Assembly: GCA_046563655.1 (NCBI GenBank)
Contig: CM102288.1
Span: 3,534,001 to 3,598,000, forward strand
Reading direction: 5' to 3'
Source: Yuukianura sp. NJ FZ-2021
Lineage: Eukaryota
Length of the DNA: 64,000 bases
Below are positions 12,201 through 23,236 of the stretch, in pieces. Within the stretch, counting starts at the first letter, position 1; every line of letters starts with the position of its first letter. The notes under the pieces are model-generated. The model did no database searches. It saw only the letters and a list, made by a program, of their open reading frames with translations, and was not told where the DNA came from. A program made the translations under genes and the position numbers.

Positions 12201-15200
12201 TTGGAAAAGAAGTGTTCAAGGGTTGAGGGTGCTGCTGGACCTGATCTTGCAGCTTTAAATTGTGTACTAACACTGCTGCACAAGGCAAAGTGTACTTTTT
12301 TGTACTGTTGTAAGTACTTTGTGTGTGTTGGATGCTGAGATGCTGAAGTGACTCCTTAAAGTTGATTGGGAGATGAAGTCGTTTTTTCGTAGGGTTCAGG
12401 GATACTTTTTTGTGTCTTTTTTCGTAATTTTTTTGATGTTTGGTTTATTTGAGGAAGTGGTGGAAGGACTTTACTCACTTTACGCTGCTTTTAGTTGTTG
12501 TACTAACAAGAAGTTGCGTTGTGAGGAGCTTCTGTTATGTTGTGATTAAAGATAAAAAATGAAATAGTTGTGGTTAGGTCATAGTAGAAAAGCTGGGATG
12601 AGAGCTTAGTGTTGTAAAAGGTTGCAGCGATGAAAGCGAAAAGCGCTGGAGAGAGTAGCACTGGAATGCAGTTTGGAGGAGAGAGAAAGTAATAGCGGTG
12701 GAGGGAGTGGAGAAAAGTGAAAATCGATGGAGGGAAAGGGAAAGGGCGCTTTGGATTCCATTTGAACAAACACGAGGCAAAAACGGAGTGCTTACGAAGC
12801 ATTGTGTGGGGGAAATGCTGCAAAGTATTTCACATTTCACCAACTTTACAGTTTTTCAGGTTGTAGGTTGCTCCTCATGCGTCGTGAAATGTAAAAAAAT
12901 GAAATGGGAAATGAATGATTAGTGAGAAAAAATGTTTGCTGGAGGATTTTTTTTGAAATGGGGGAAATGGATTTTTATGATCTTGGGAAGAGAAAATGAG
13001 GTTAACTAAGAAACTACGATGTTAAGTTAACTAATCTTAACAGGTTAACTAAGGTTTAGTAAACTAATGTTGTTGACTGACGCACTAAGAAGTAAATGTA
13101 GGAATGTAAATTTTGATATTTGCATTGAAACTCTCTGACTTGACGACTCTAGAGTTAAATCTAGTGAGATGATTATGACGTCTGGAGTAGTTTTTTTTTC
13201 AAAAGCGAAACTTATGCAATATTTTCTTTGCAATTTTTTCCAGATCCCATAGTCGTTCACTCCTTGGTGGTTCTTCAGTTGGGAATTGTGGAAATACAGG
13301 CTGTGGCAGTAGTTCTCCGGCAGCACATCTCAATCCCACGAGTCGTCCATTTCAACTTCTAAACTCACCGCCAGTAGTCGGTTCCGGTGGAGCTCTAATC
13401 CCTACTGGGCCGAATCTCCTTGACCCCAGTCTCCGACTCAGTGACCTCCACCACCACCATCAGCAAGTGACCAATCAGAGACTTCATCTGCGAACAGGCA
13501 GTGGGCCATCGTCACTCGGAACTTCCCTAGGCCTCACTCCCCTCTTCCCGTCCACGACTGTGCCCTACTACTCTCGTGGCAGTGGGAACAAATTTTTAAG
13601 AACTCGCGGTAGACATCGTGGAATGAGCATGGGTCAGAAAGTGTCAGCAGGTAACGCTAACGCATCAATACAATTGTGTTTTTTTTCCTGAGAAGATGAT
13701 TGATGATGTGTTAAATTTTGTGTAGTTGGAGGTGGAAAAATCATGGGACGAGAACATACTGCCAGAACCCCAGGCCCCAGAGAACTTGCGGAAGAGTTGA
13801 CGCCTCCAGGTTAGACTTAACATAACAAAATTTCATGTTCACTTTTGGGCGAAGTGAATCACGTTTTGGTAAATTGGAAATGTTTTGATATTCATGGGAA
13901 GTCATTTATTTTTTTGCAGCTCGGCTTGACATGCTCCTTGACATGCCTCCTGCCTCCAAAGAATCACAACTCAAATATGCCTGGAACTCAGAAGATCGTT
14001 CACTCAACATTTTTGTCAAGGTGAGATACACAATTACTTTTTTTTTCGGAGGGAAAAGTCAATACTTGGCTCCTCTTTGGGAAATGAAGAACTTTTAGAA
14101 AAGAAAAGCTCTGGAAGGTCAAAATCGTAAAAGCCGCTAAGGCTGTTCGTGTTTTGAAAGCGTAACACGGAAGGTTTCCTGTCTTCCAGAGCTTTTTTCT
14201 AAATGATTTCTTCGCTTTTAGAACAAAGGTAAAGTAAAAGTGTATTTGAACTTTGGTTTTGTCGTGTGGGTTGTTAGGAGGACGATAAGTTGACATTCCA
14301 CCGACATCCAGTAGCACAGAGCACAGACTGTATTCGAGGCAAGACTGGCTTCACGCGAGGACTCCACGTTTGGGAAATCCAGTGGTCAACGCGACAACGC
14401 GGCACGCACGCCGTCGTTGGAGTTGCCACGCAAGAAGCCCCTCTCAACTCGGTTGGATATCAGGTTAGAATGGCCAATGGCTGCTCATTTTATGTCTTGA
14501 GTACCACGGTCACGGTTAGGAGACTGAAATTACTTGGCTCAATTGCTTGATTGTTTTTTGTTGGTTTTTCAGAGCTTGGTGGGTAGTAATGACCAATCGT
14601 GGGGTTGGGATTTGGGCAGAAATAAACTGTACCATGATAGTAAAAACATAGCCTCCGGTAAGCAATTTTTATGTCACACGCATATATATATTTCCAACTT
14701 GACCAATACTTGGGAAATACTTGACAAGTTACGACCGAATTTGATGTTTTATGTTTTTGTAGGGATCACCTATCCAGCTTTACTCAAACCCGATGAAAAT
14801 TTCGTGGTTCCAGACACCTTCCAAGGTGAGTCTGCGCAAAACAGAGGTAGAGTGATTGGATTTCGGTTTTTATTGACAAGTTTTTGTTTGGTGTTTTCAG
14901 TTGTGTTGGACATGGACGAAGGGACATTGGCATTTGTAGTCGATGGTCAGTATCTGGGTGTGGCATTTCGTGGAATGAAGGGCAAGAAACTTTTTCCCAT
15001 TGTTTCTGCCGTCTGGGGTCATTGTGAGATCACGATGAAATATATTGGAGGATTGGACCGTAAGTTGATGCAAAAACTGTGTTTTTTGTTGTGCAAAGTT
15101 GACATTTGCGATGTGTCAAAAACGTAAGGAGCGGCGTGACATTTGAGGTTTTATTTTTTACTTTTTAGCCGAGCCTCTGCCATTGATCTTCTTGTGTCGT

Positions 15201-15395
15201 CGGACAATACGACAATGTGTGACGCGAGACAGGCTGCATCGGATACCAGAATTGGATCTCCCACCGGCAATAAGGGAGTATCTCCAGTACAAGTGAGTGA
15301 GTATTTCGAATCAATTTAAACAGAAAATTGAACTTTTGGATTTGAAGTTTCCAATTTTGACATAATTTTTGAAATGTTCCAGGGAAAGAAGGTAA
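6208..15395 (+). CDS. gus: SPRY domain-containing SOCS box protein (gustavus / SPSB1/4 orthologue), long isoform. The conserved core starts at MGQK (13629).
   Basis: Exons 6208-6620, 13244-13650, 13726-13809, 13920-14020, 14278-14463, 14573-~14657, 14763-14825, 14901-15059, 15169-15292, 15383-15395. Translation contains [91 protein letters not shown] (SPRY) and [15 protein letters not shown]...[15 protein letters not shown] (SOCS box). The core (13629-15395) is secure; the first exon is inferred from phase match. Confidence 0.95.
11720..11778 (+). CDS. Candidate alternative first coding exon of gus ([20 protein letters not shown])
   Basis: ATG at 11720 and a strong donor CG|gtaagc at 11779 in phase 2, which matches the phase-2 acceptor at 13244. 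Confidence 0.35.
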
Positions 15396-16640
15396 CCTTT
15401 TCAATGAAGGCCTCATCTACGTTTTTTTGACCTCAACCCAAAGTCGTCGTTCGCATTATAAAAAGAAAGCCGCAGCAGCAAGCCCACAAACACAACATGT
15501 CGTAGAGCCAACCGGACTTACGTTCTTTGAATTTTTACAAAAATAGTCTCGATTTTGCTCACATTATTTGCAAACGGTCCTAGATGTAATTTTTTGTCTT
15601 CTCCCATTTTTTTTTTGAGTTTCTTAACGTTCAAACTGTTAATTAATTTAGTTAACTTCAATTACTACACCTTACTTGGCTTTTTTTTTAAATAACTTGG
15701 AAAATTGTTTATTTTCCTTCAAAATCACCTTTGTTGTGCTTGTTTTTTTAAGAATGACTTAATTAATTAATCTTAAGGACGAGGACAGAGGAGGTCTTAT
15801 TTACAATTTCTAAGGGTATACTAAGAAAAGAGGGGAAAAGGAGAAAAATCTTCCAAAAACTCATCTTTTTTCGAAAAACTGAAAAATACTTTCTTCTTTT
15901 TGTTTCCTTTTCAACTCATTTGGTTTTTGAAAATTTTGGACAGTCAGAACAGAGAGTTGGAGCACTTTGGATTTTTGGTTGGAAAGAAATTGAACTGAAG
16001 GCTCTGCTAATATGTAAATTGAAGAATTGTTTGAAGAAAGAGTGAATTTGAGTTAAAAAAAATTGTAAAGTTTCTTTTTTGAAAACTTTGAAGTTCAGTT
16101 TATGACTTATCCAAATCACTCGAAATGTCAGTTTTTCTGTGTAAAGCTTACTGCTGCCAATTTCACTAAAATTTACGAAAAAACGCGATCTCGATTATGT
16201 TTTTTTAGATTTTGTTTTTGTTTAGAATAACTAGACTGTTCTAATTTTTGGAAAAGTGATTTTGAGTGGTTTGGATTCTCAAAGAGCTGAAAAATGTCAC
16301 AAAATGAGTTGAAATGGAACATTTTGATGTTCTTTTTTTTTGAATTTGGAGTGGATCTGCTGAGATTTCATGTTTGTTTTTTAAATTGGACGGCTTAAGA
16401 TGTAACTAAAACTATGACTTATGAAATATTATAAATGTAAAACTAAATCCTCTCTCTTTTTCCTTCCACTCTTGTAAAGAAGCTAATCTTAAACCTTAAA
16501 AATCCGGCATAAGCAACACTATTACTACACTGTACTCTTAATTATTAATTACGGGAATTTTTTGACGAAAAAAATAATAAATTGAAACCAAAAATTTTCA
16601 TACGAAACTTCTAAAACTTCAAAATTTTAAAATAAGTTAA

Positions 16641-18834
16641 CTATTTGTGTCCTGCATTGTGATTGGCTAACAACCCATTAGAAGCTGAGTACTTGGTTGT
16701 GTATGCTTTGCCTAATGGTGAGTGCAGAATTGACACGAAATGGGGTAAGTCGAGTGGGGGAAGGTCATGACACTTGGGGTACAAAAGGTCACAGTCCAGG
16801 TCACTTCGGCCGGAAATCGCTGCAGCGCTGAGTTCATGCTGAATCGAAGATTTGGAAGAACTGCTGAGCATCTTGTTGATTGCTTCCCTGTTGATACAAT
16901 TTCGAAACTAAAATTTTGAAAACTCTTTTTTTAAAGTTAACCTTACGTTAGCATTGACCCGAGATAGGTTCCGTCTTTTGACCCAATTTCTTTGACCAGG
17001 ATTTTGTTAGCCCGGCAGACTTCGGAAACTGTACACTTGAGTGGAATGTATCCATCTCGTGCTTGACCCACACGAATCTACCAGCCAAAATTCAAGTTTT
17101 CAAAATTCAAAATACACTTTTACGCTTCTTTTTTTTTAAAAATAGTTTAGGTACCATCAGTGGAAGCATCAAGTGTATGATTCTGTATGAGAGATCGTTG
17201 AACTCTTGATCCTCAGCAGTCCCACGCTTCGTCCTTTGCATTGCCGCTGCGCCGTCATCAGTTTGAGCTGCCTTTGTTTCTGCCGCAAAAGGAATTCCCA
17301 ACTGCCTTAGAACCTAAAATTTTGTGTTAAAAGTGTCAGAAATTCATGAATTCTTTGGAGGTCAAAGGTCATGAAGCCAATTTTTAGAGGAATTTGACAA
17401 AGAGCGCCCAGTTGCTTACCGAAGTGAGGAAGGAGATGAGGCCAAGAGTGCCTGGAGAGATACAAAAGAGAAAGTGAAAGCAGTGGAGGCTGGAAAGGGC
17501 GGATCAAGGTGGGTTCTCACCGAGGAGTCCGAGAGCCCTTTGACAGTCCTGCTTGTGCCTAAGAAGAGAGATGAGTTGGGGGTTTTCCAGCCCCGTGGGG
17601 GAGGAGAGAGGTCTGGACTCAAGTGGGCGGGTGGATGTTGGACTGGACCGGGACGCTGCTCTCTCCTCCCGCCAACTCCTCTGCGGCCCCGTCACTCACT
17701 TCTACCCACCCGAATCCCAGTTCCCACTGCCCGGGGACTATACAGGCGACAAAGGCTACACGAAATTCCCAAAACACCGAAAGCGGGGTTTAAGTTGCCA
17801 AAGTCCTGTTTTCAGGAGGCTGAGAAAACGGAACCTTTTGTGGAGGTTTGCAGGAGAAAGGACAAAGTGAAAGCAGAATCGCTGCGTACAAGGATTATAC
17901 GGAAAGTGAAATTTTGAAGTGTTTCGTGCTTTTTTTTGTACCATTTGAATGATGGTGAGAAGTGTGAGGAATCCCAACAGGTTCACCGCAGAGGAGTTGA
18001 CATAACCGCTAAAATTTCAATTAATTTAAATTTAAAACAAATTGAAATATGTTTTTTTAAAGATTATTAACACAAATGTGGCTATTCGAAAAATTTTTGA
18101 ACCTGTTCAGTGTCAAGAACAATGTTGATAGTTATTATGCTATTTGCTATTAGGTGACTACTATGTTAGACAATGTCAAATGTTACCCGTGTCCATGACC
18201 TTGTCCACCCCATCCGTGACCTCCGTCATGCCCATAACCTCCACCGCCGCCATGTCCATAGCCACTGCTGTGGCCGAAGCCATGGCCTCCTGCTGAAGCA
18301 TAATTCCCAAAGTCCGTATCTATTAAAACAAAAGCAATTTGAAAAACTAATTAAAACTAAGTTAATTAACTTACTACAGTTCAAATTTTATGCTTTTTGA
18401 AAGTTTTTTCAGCTTAATATAACCTAACTAATTGTAAATTTTCTCACCACTGTAGGCATGGTCAGAGCTCGATGCTAGTAGAGAACTCAACTGCCGATGC
18501 TTTCGCTCGTCTGTGCGGCGGAAATACGAAAAAAAAAGTACTTCGTAACAAAAAAATTATTGCACAACTAATTACAACAAGAACTTAAAAATTTACCTAG
18601 GCCTGGAAGTGCCAATTTGTACTGGTGACCCATGTCAACATCATCCTCACGCCCTGAATGACGCTCACCGTCAATCGTAGGAGCCCTTGACGGCAAAGTA
18701 CCGTGAGAGACAAAAGAGTTCAAGTCAACTGCTCTTGACCTTTGTGCGTTAACATTTAACGTGAAATGGGGCAAAGTCAAGGTCAAGGTCAAACTTGCCA
18801 TTGGCAAAAACCAGGTTGGTAGAAAGCTAAGCAT
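16641..18834 (-). CDS. Uncharacterised secreted prepro-protein, 346 aa, 8 exons: signal peptide, Gly/His-rich tract, hydrophobic segment, furin-type site, 4-Cys C-terminal domain (DM4/DM12-like architecture)
   Basis: Exons (minus) 18834-18597, 18510-18448, 18319-18187, 17558-17521, 17451-17420, 17313-17155, 17077-16947, 16887-16641; all GT-AG, total 1041 nt, open to TAG. Translation: MLSFLPTWFLPMASLTLTLTLPHFTLNVNA...GGHGFGHSSGYGHGGGGGYGHDGGHGWGGQGHGHGHKQDCQRALGLLGTLGLISFLTSVL...RTKR...CTVSEVCRANKILVKEIG...AAAISGRSDLDCDLLYPKC. Confidence 0.8.
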
Positions 18835-19306
18835 TTTGAAAAAGTAAGGGGAAAAAGTCAATTTTAGCCAACTGAGCAGTTATGGCATTTCGTCTTCTTT
18901 TTATACGTTCATTTTAAGTGTCGTTACAAAACGGTTTCCGGGAAATTCAAAAGAAAAACGGCACAAAAGACCCCAAAATATCCATCTTTTGTGGAAAAAA
19001 ATGTGCAAAAATTGCAAAATAAGCCTTCTGTGCAATGTTATGACAAAAGTGTCGCGTGTGGGAACAGACTGTGCTAAAAATGGCATAAAACAGCAATTGG
19101 ATCACTTACTTAAGACGACGCATGACAATGAACTCCTAAAAAAAGTCATCTAATTTTAGAATTCCGTAACATCGCATTAATTTTTTTGAGGAGTTTGTGA
19201 AGTCGTTTCGGCACGGCTTGTGAACTGTCAGAGTTTGTAATTGCGAAATACAGTTTTAAAAATTGGTTTTAGCTCAGCTAAAAATGAAATCTTTTGGATC
19301 TTCATG

Positions 19307-22300
19307 TCATTTCGTTGTGGAATCTCGTTTTCTAAGTGGTTTTGCTTGAATTGGTGCCCGTTGTTTCTTGACATTTTTGGGATTTGGTTTAGGAATGGTC
19401 GGAGTACTGGGTTTTGGATTTGAGCGTTTCCCACGTCCAATCGTAAATGGAAAATCTGGAACTGTTTTGTCTTTGTACAAATTCGAAATTCCTCCTGCAG
19501 GTCGCGCATTACCTGCAAAGGTCAAAGGTCAAATATCTGTTCATAGCGTAGCAGGTGAAATGGTCAGAAATATTTGGTCAGAAGTGAAATGATCAGAAGT
19601 GAAAAGGTCAGAATTCAAAAGATCTAAGGTTAGGTTTGGTTACGTTCCTTCCTTTTCTGACCTTTTTTTTCTGATCATTTCACTTTTGATCTTTTCACTT
19701 TCTGACCAAATCACATGGAACCGTTCATAGTTCTTGAAAACAAACATATATTTGAAAATTGTTTACGTGGATTGGGTGCACTTGTGGGAGGAACGTAGAC
19801 GTCATTATTCAAAATGTTATCGATGAAAGCCGCATCTTTGCTGGTTGCAGGGGGCGCTGCAAATCTGGAACTTAGCAAATCCGCTGCAGTGATTTTTGGT
19901 GTGTGCTGCTGGAGTTGTTGTTGCTGAAATTTTGAAAAAAAAAGTATTCTTATAAGTTTTTTTGAAAACTTCGTTTTAGACTTGCCTTTTCCTTGAGTTC
20001 TGCAAAGGAACGATATGTTGGATCCTGTGCAGCGTCACTTAGTAGTGAATTCCTAAGTGGCGGACCGTTTGCCGTTGCAAAACGATTTGCTGGCAAGCAG
20101 CTCTGACCTTGCAAGCGAACTTCTTCAAAATTTTCTTTCATTGCTGAAACTTGTCTCTGCAATTCTTGTCTTTCTTCACATCCTTCTCGAATCTAAAAAA
20201 TAGTTTCAAAAATTCTAAGAATTTGACAAAAAGCTGAATTGAGAATAACGATTGTTTTCAAAATTTTCTTACAATTTCATGTAAACTTTCCATTTCAGCA
20301 GACTTTTCTTGGTAGAGGAGCTCCACGTCCACTTTTGACTTGCTCGCTGCTTCCAGCTCAGCTTGTTTTTGTTCATACTTGACTTTCCAATTGGCAACCT
20401 GGAAAAGAAGTGCTCAGTTTTTGCATAAGTTTTTGGAAATCTATTTTTAATTAGAAAGAAGTGGAGGAGGTTGAAATTCAAATTATTCCAGACCTGGTCG
20501 CTCAATGATTTCCGATATCCCTCCCATGTCTCCTTGTTTTTGTCTAGTTTCTCTCTCAGTGTATTGACCTCCTTCTGCAGCGCTTCTTCATGAACTCGCA
20601 GCGATGCCAGCGTTTTTTCATAGTTGGCTCGCAGTGATTCCAGCTGTTCAGTCAGCGATGCTTGATGACGACCCCAGCGCTCATCCCAGCGACGTTCCAC
20701 CTAAATTTTTTCAAAAGCAAAACAAAAGTTTCAAAATTTTGGAAAAAACATGAACTTCAAAATCCTACATCTTGACGCTCAAGAAGGCTCGCTGCTAAAC
20801 AGGAATCGGCCCGTTCTTTTTCCATAGCAGTTTCGCGTTGCGCTTCAGCCAATTTCTGTTGAAAATCGGCCCGTTCCTTTTCAGTCTGCGCTTGATGTTC
20901 TTGGATTTGCTTCTTGAGACCAGCAAGAGTTCCTTGAAGGCGTTCAACCAGCGTTTGATCAACTGACTGAAAAAACCAGAACAAAATTTTGAAAGTTTTG
21001 AGCAGAATTTTGAACATTTTGATCAAAATTTGAAAACGCTAAAAAGTCGTTCTCTAACTGCAATTGACAAAATCGAATACGCTAAAAAGTTGTAGTTTAA
21101 CTGAAATTTTCAAAATTTGAATACGTTAAAAAGTTGTAGCCTAAACTGAAATGAGGAAAATTTGAAAGGGGTAAAAATCTGGAATCTAACTGAAATGAGG
21201 AAAATTTGAAAGGGGTAAAAATCTGGAATCTAACTGAAATGAGGAAAATTTGAAAATACTAAAAAGTTGTTACATTTCTTAGATTTCTGTTCATTTCTTC
21301 GGAAGCACGAAGCCTAAGTTCCATTTCTTTGCTAAATGATCGAAGACGCTCGTTTTCGTTTCGTTGACCTTTGAGCACAGCTTCTAAATTTTCATTGGTG
21401 ACCAAAGATTCTTCAAATTGAACTCGGAGACTGTTCATGTCTTCGTGCAGATGAGAGTTGTCGTTCTGAACACAAAGAAATAGTCACTAATTTTTAAAAA
21501 GCATCGATGTTTAAAGTTTGTAAAGAATTGCCTTAAGTTTGTCCAGGGTTTCTCGAAGATTTGAATGCATCTCTTGACAATTGGCGTTTTCGGCAGCAAG
21601 GTTTCGTACTTTTTCTGCAAGTGAGTTGTTCTCTCGACGCAAGTCATGAACTTCGATAGCATTCAGCGAAGATACTTCTAAATTTCAGAAACAACATTGA
21701 ATATCAATCACTCAATTTTGTTCATCATCTCAATTTCTGTAAAGTACTTCTGGCAATGGCTGTACCACTCCGAATTGGTGTGTCGCTTTTCCGTCGACGC
21801 TTCTCTTCGTTCCGGTGATGATCGGTACCTAAAAATTGCAAAATCAAGATTTATAAAGGAAATTTTGAAAAAATGGTGAAGTTTTTGAAATCTACCGGTC
21901 GTTTCTTGCGATCTGTCAGCGGAGTCTCCACTGACTGAAAGTTGACCTTGACTGGCAATGATTCGATTGACCTCTTCCAGTCTTGAGATCAAAACGTCAG
22001 TTTCTGGTTTGTCTTTCAACTGTGGATTGAGAATGATTTTACGAACAGCCGACTCCAGTACATTCATCTTCTCATGGATAAGCGTCGCTGCAAGGTCATC
22101 CTTGTTACTTCGGCCGGTTGCCCTTTAAAAAAAATGGGTATTTTCAAACAATTTGAAATTTTTAAAAATGTAACACAGAAATCATGGATTTCGAATATGA
22201 ATTGTCATTTTACTTCTCTCCCAGCGAATCCACTTGTTCGGCGAGACTTCGACATTGGCTTTTGGCCCACTGCAGTTCCGATTCATACCTAAAAGACAGA

Positions 22301-22852
22301 TTCACATACTAAAATCAATTAATCAGTTAAGTTAATTAGTTAAACTTAAGATCAGTTCACATTACTTCATGAGTTCACTGTGATGAGATTGTCGAAGATT
22401 GGCAATTCCGTCTCTCAGATGAAGATTTTCGCTTTGAAGTTCTTTGTAGTGCAAGAGACGCTCATTTTGCTCTTTGACCTGAGCTTTCAGCGACTGCAAA
22501 AAACAACAAAATTTAAAACAGAAACAAAATTTTTGATTTTTTTTAAAGTTAGAGTTACCCTCATTTCAGCGATTGCCAGATACGACACACCGCAGAACTG
22601 ACAAGCCGTTTTGTCTCCATCTCCTCCATGTGGACCACCAGCAGTAACTGCTTGACGGCCTTGTCCAGCCTTGACCTTGGGGGCAGTCGGTGGACTTACG
22701 GCAGTAGAATGGCGTAGTCTACCAACACTCGGACTTGATCGGCCATTGACTAAACTGGCTGCACTGGGACTCGGATTGACATAAACTCCACTCCCACCTC
22801 CACCGATCCGAGTTTTCGAAAAATCTAAACTGATTTGATGCTTTTTCATCAT
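19307..22852 (-). CDS. LEKR1: LEKR1-like (leucine-, glutamate- and lysine-rich) coiled-coil protein, multi-exon
   Basis: The N-terminal CQFCGVSYLAIAEM resembles LEKR1 CKYCGVSYLILHEF, and the C-terminal EMESLHEI|IREGCEERQEL resembles LEKR1 FLQETVRRECEERFEL. The exons between them are E/K/L/Q-rich coiled coil (ORF-track pieces at 20269-20700, 20757-21026, 21708-22067). Last exon 19512-19307. Not every internal junction was traced. Confidence 0.7.
19547..19722. mobile_element. MITE-like non-autonomous DNA transposon in a LEKR1-like intron
   Basis: Direct repeat gttcatag at 19539-19546 and 19723-19730 (8-bp TSD); imperfect 24-bp TIRs (18/24 identical); mirrored internal subrepeats ggtcagaa/ttctgacc; central aggttaggtttggtta. 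Confidence 0.7.
21025..21270. repeat. ~44-bp minisatellite, about 5 copies, intronic
   Basis: Unit aactgaaatgaggaaaatttgaaaggggtaaaaatctggaatct occurs twice exactly, plus degenerate copies. Confidence 0.85.
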
Positions 22853-23236
22853 TGAGCAATGTCAAGCGTTCTCAATTTTTTCAAAACGAGAAAGCCATGT
22901 TGAAAAATTTGTTCAAAACAACTCAAAAATCGTTTTTTTTTTAAATCGCCCCGAAAATAGTTTGGAAACTTCGATAGAAACAAATCCGTCGCTCGGGTAA
23001 CTGCGTAAGTATAGGGGTCAGATTTTTTTAATTTCCTGGACAAGTATTTTTCATCATCGTGCTGAAAACTGTGCAATATTCTGGGAACTCGTGTGATAAA
23101 TAAATCTTTTAGCTTAGTTTAACTAGAAAATAAATCTTAGTTGATAAAATGGATCAAGAACTTAGGACGAGAATACCTTGGTTGTAATCTTAAAGCGATG
23201 ACTCCTAAAAAGCGTCACTAGTTAATCGTCACAACG

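Noticed and set aside
17474..17917. 147-aa and 105-aa plus-strand ORFs
   Set aside because: Antisense to exons and an intron of the secreted-protein gene; GC-rich shadow ORFs with no motif.
21025..21270. Regularly spaced repeats considered as a CRISPR-like array
   Set aside because: Head-to-tail units without unique spacers, eukaryotic intron context, no cas genes; an ordinary minisatellite.
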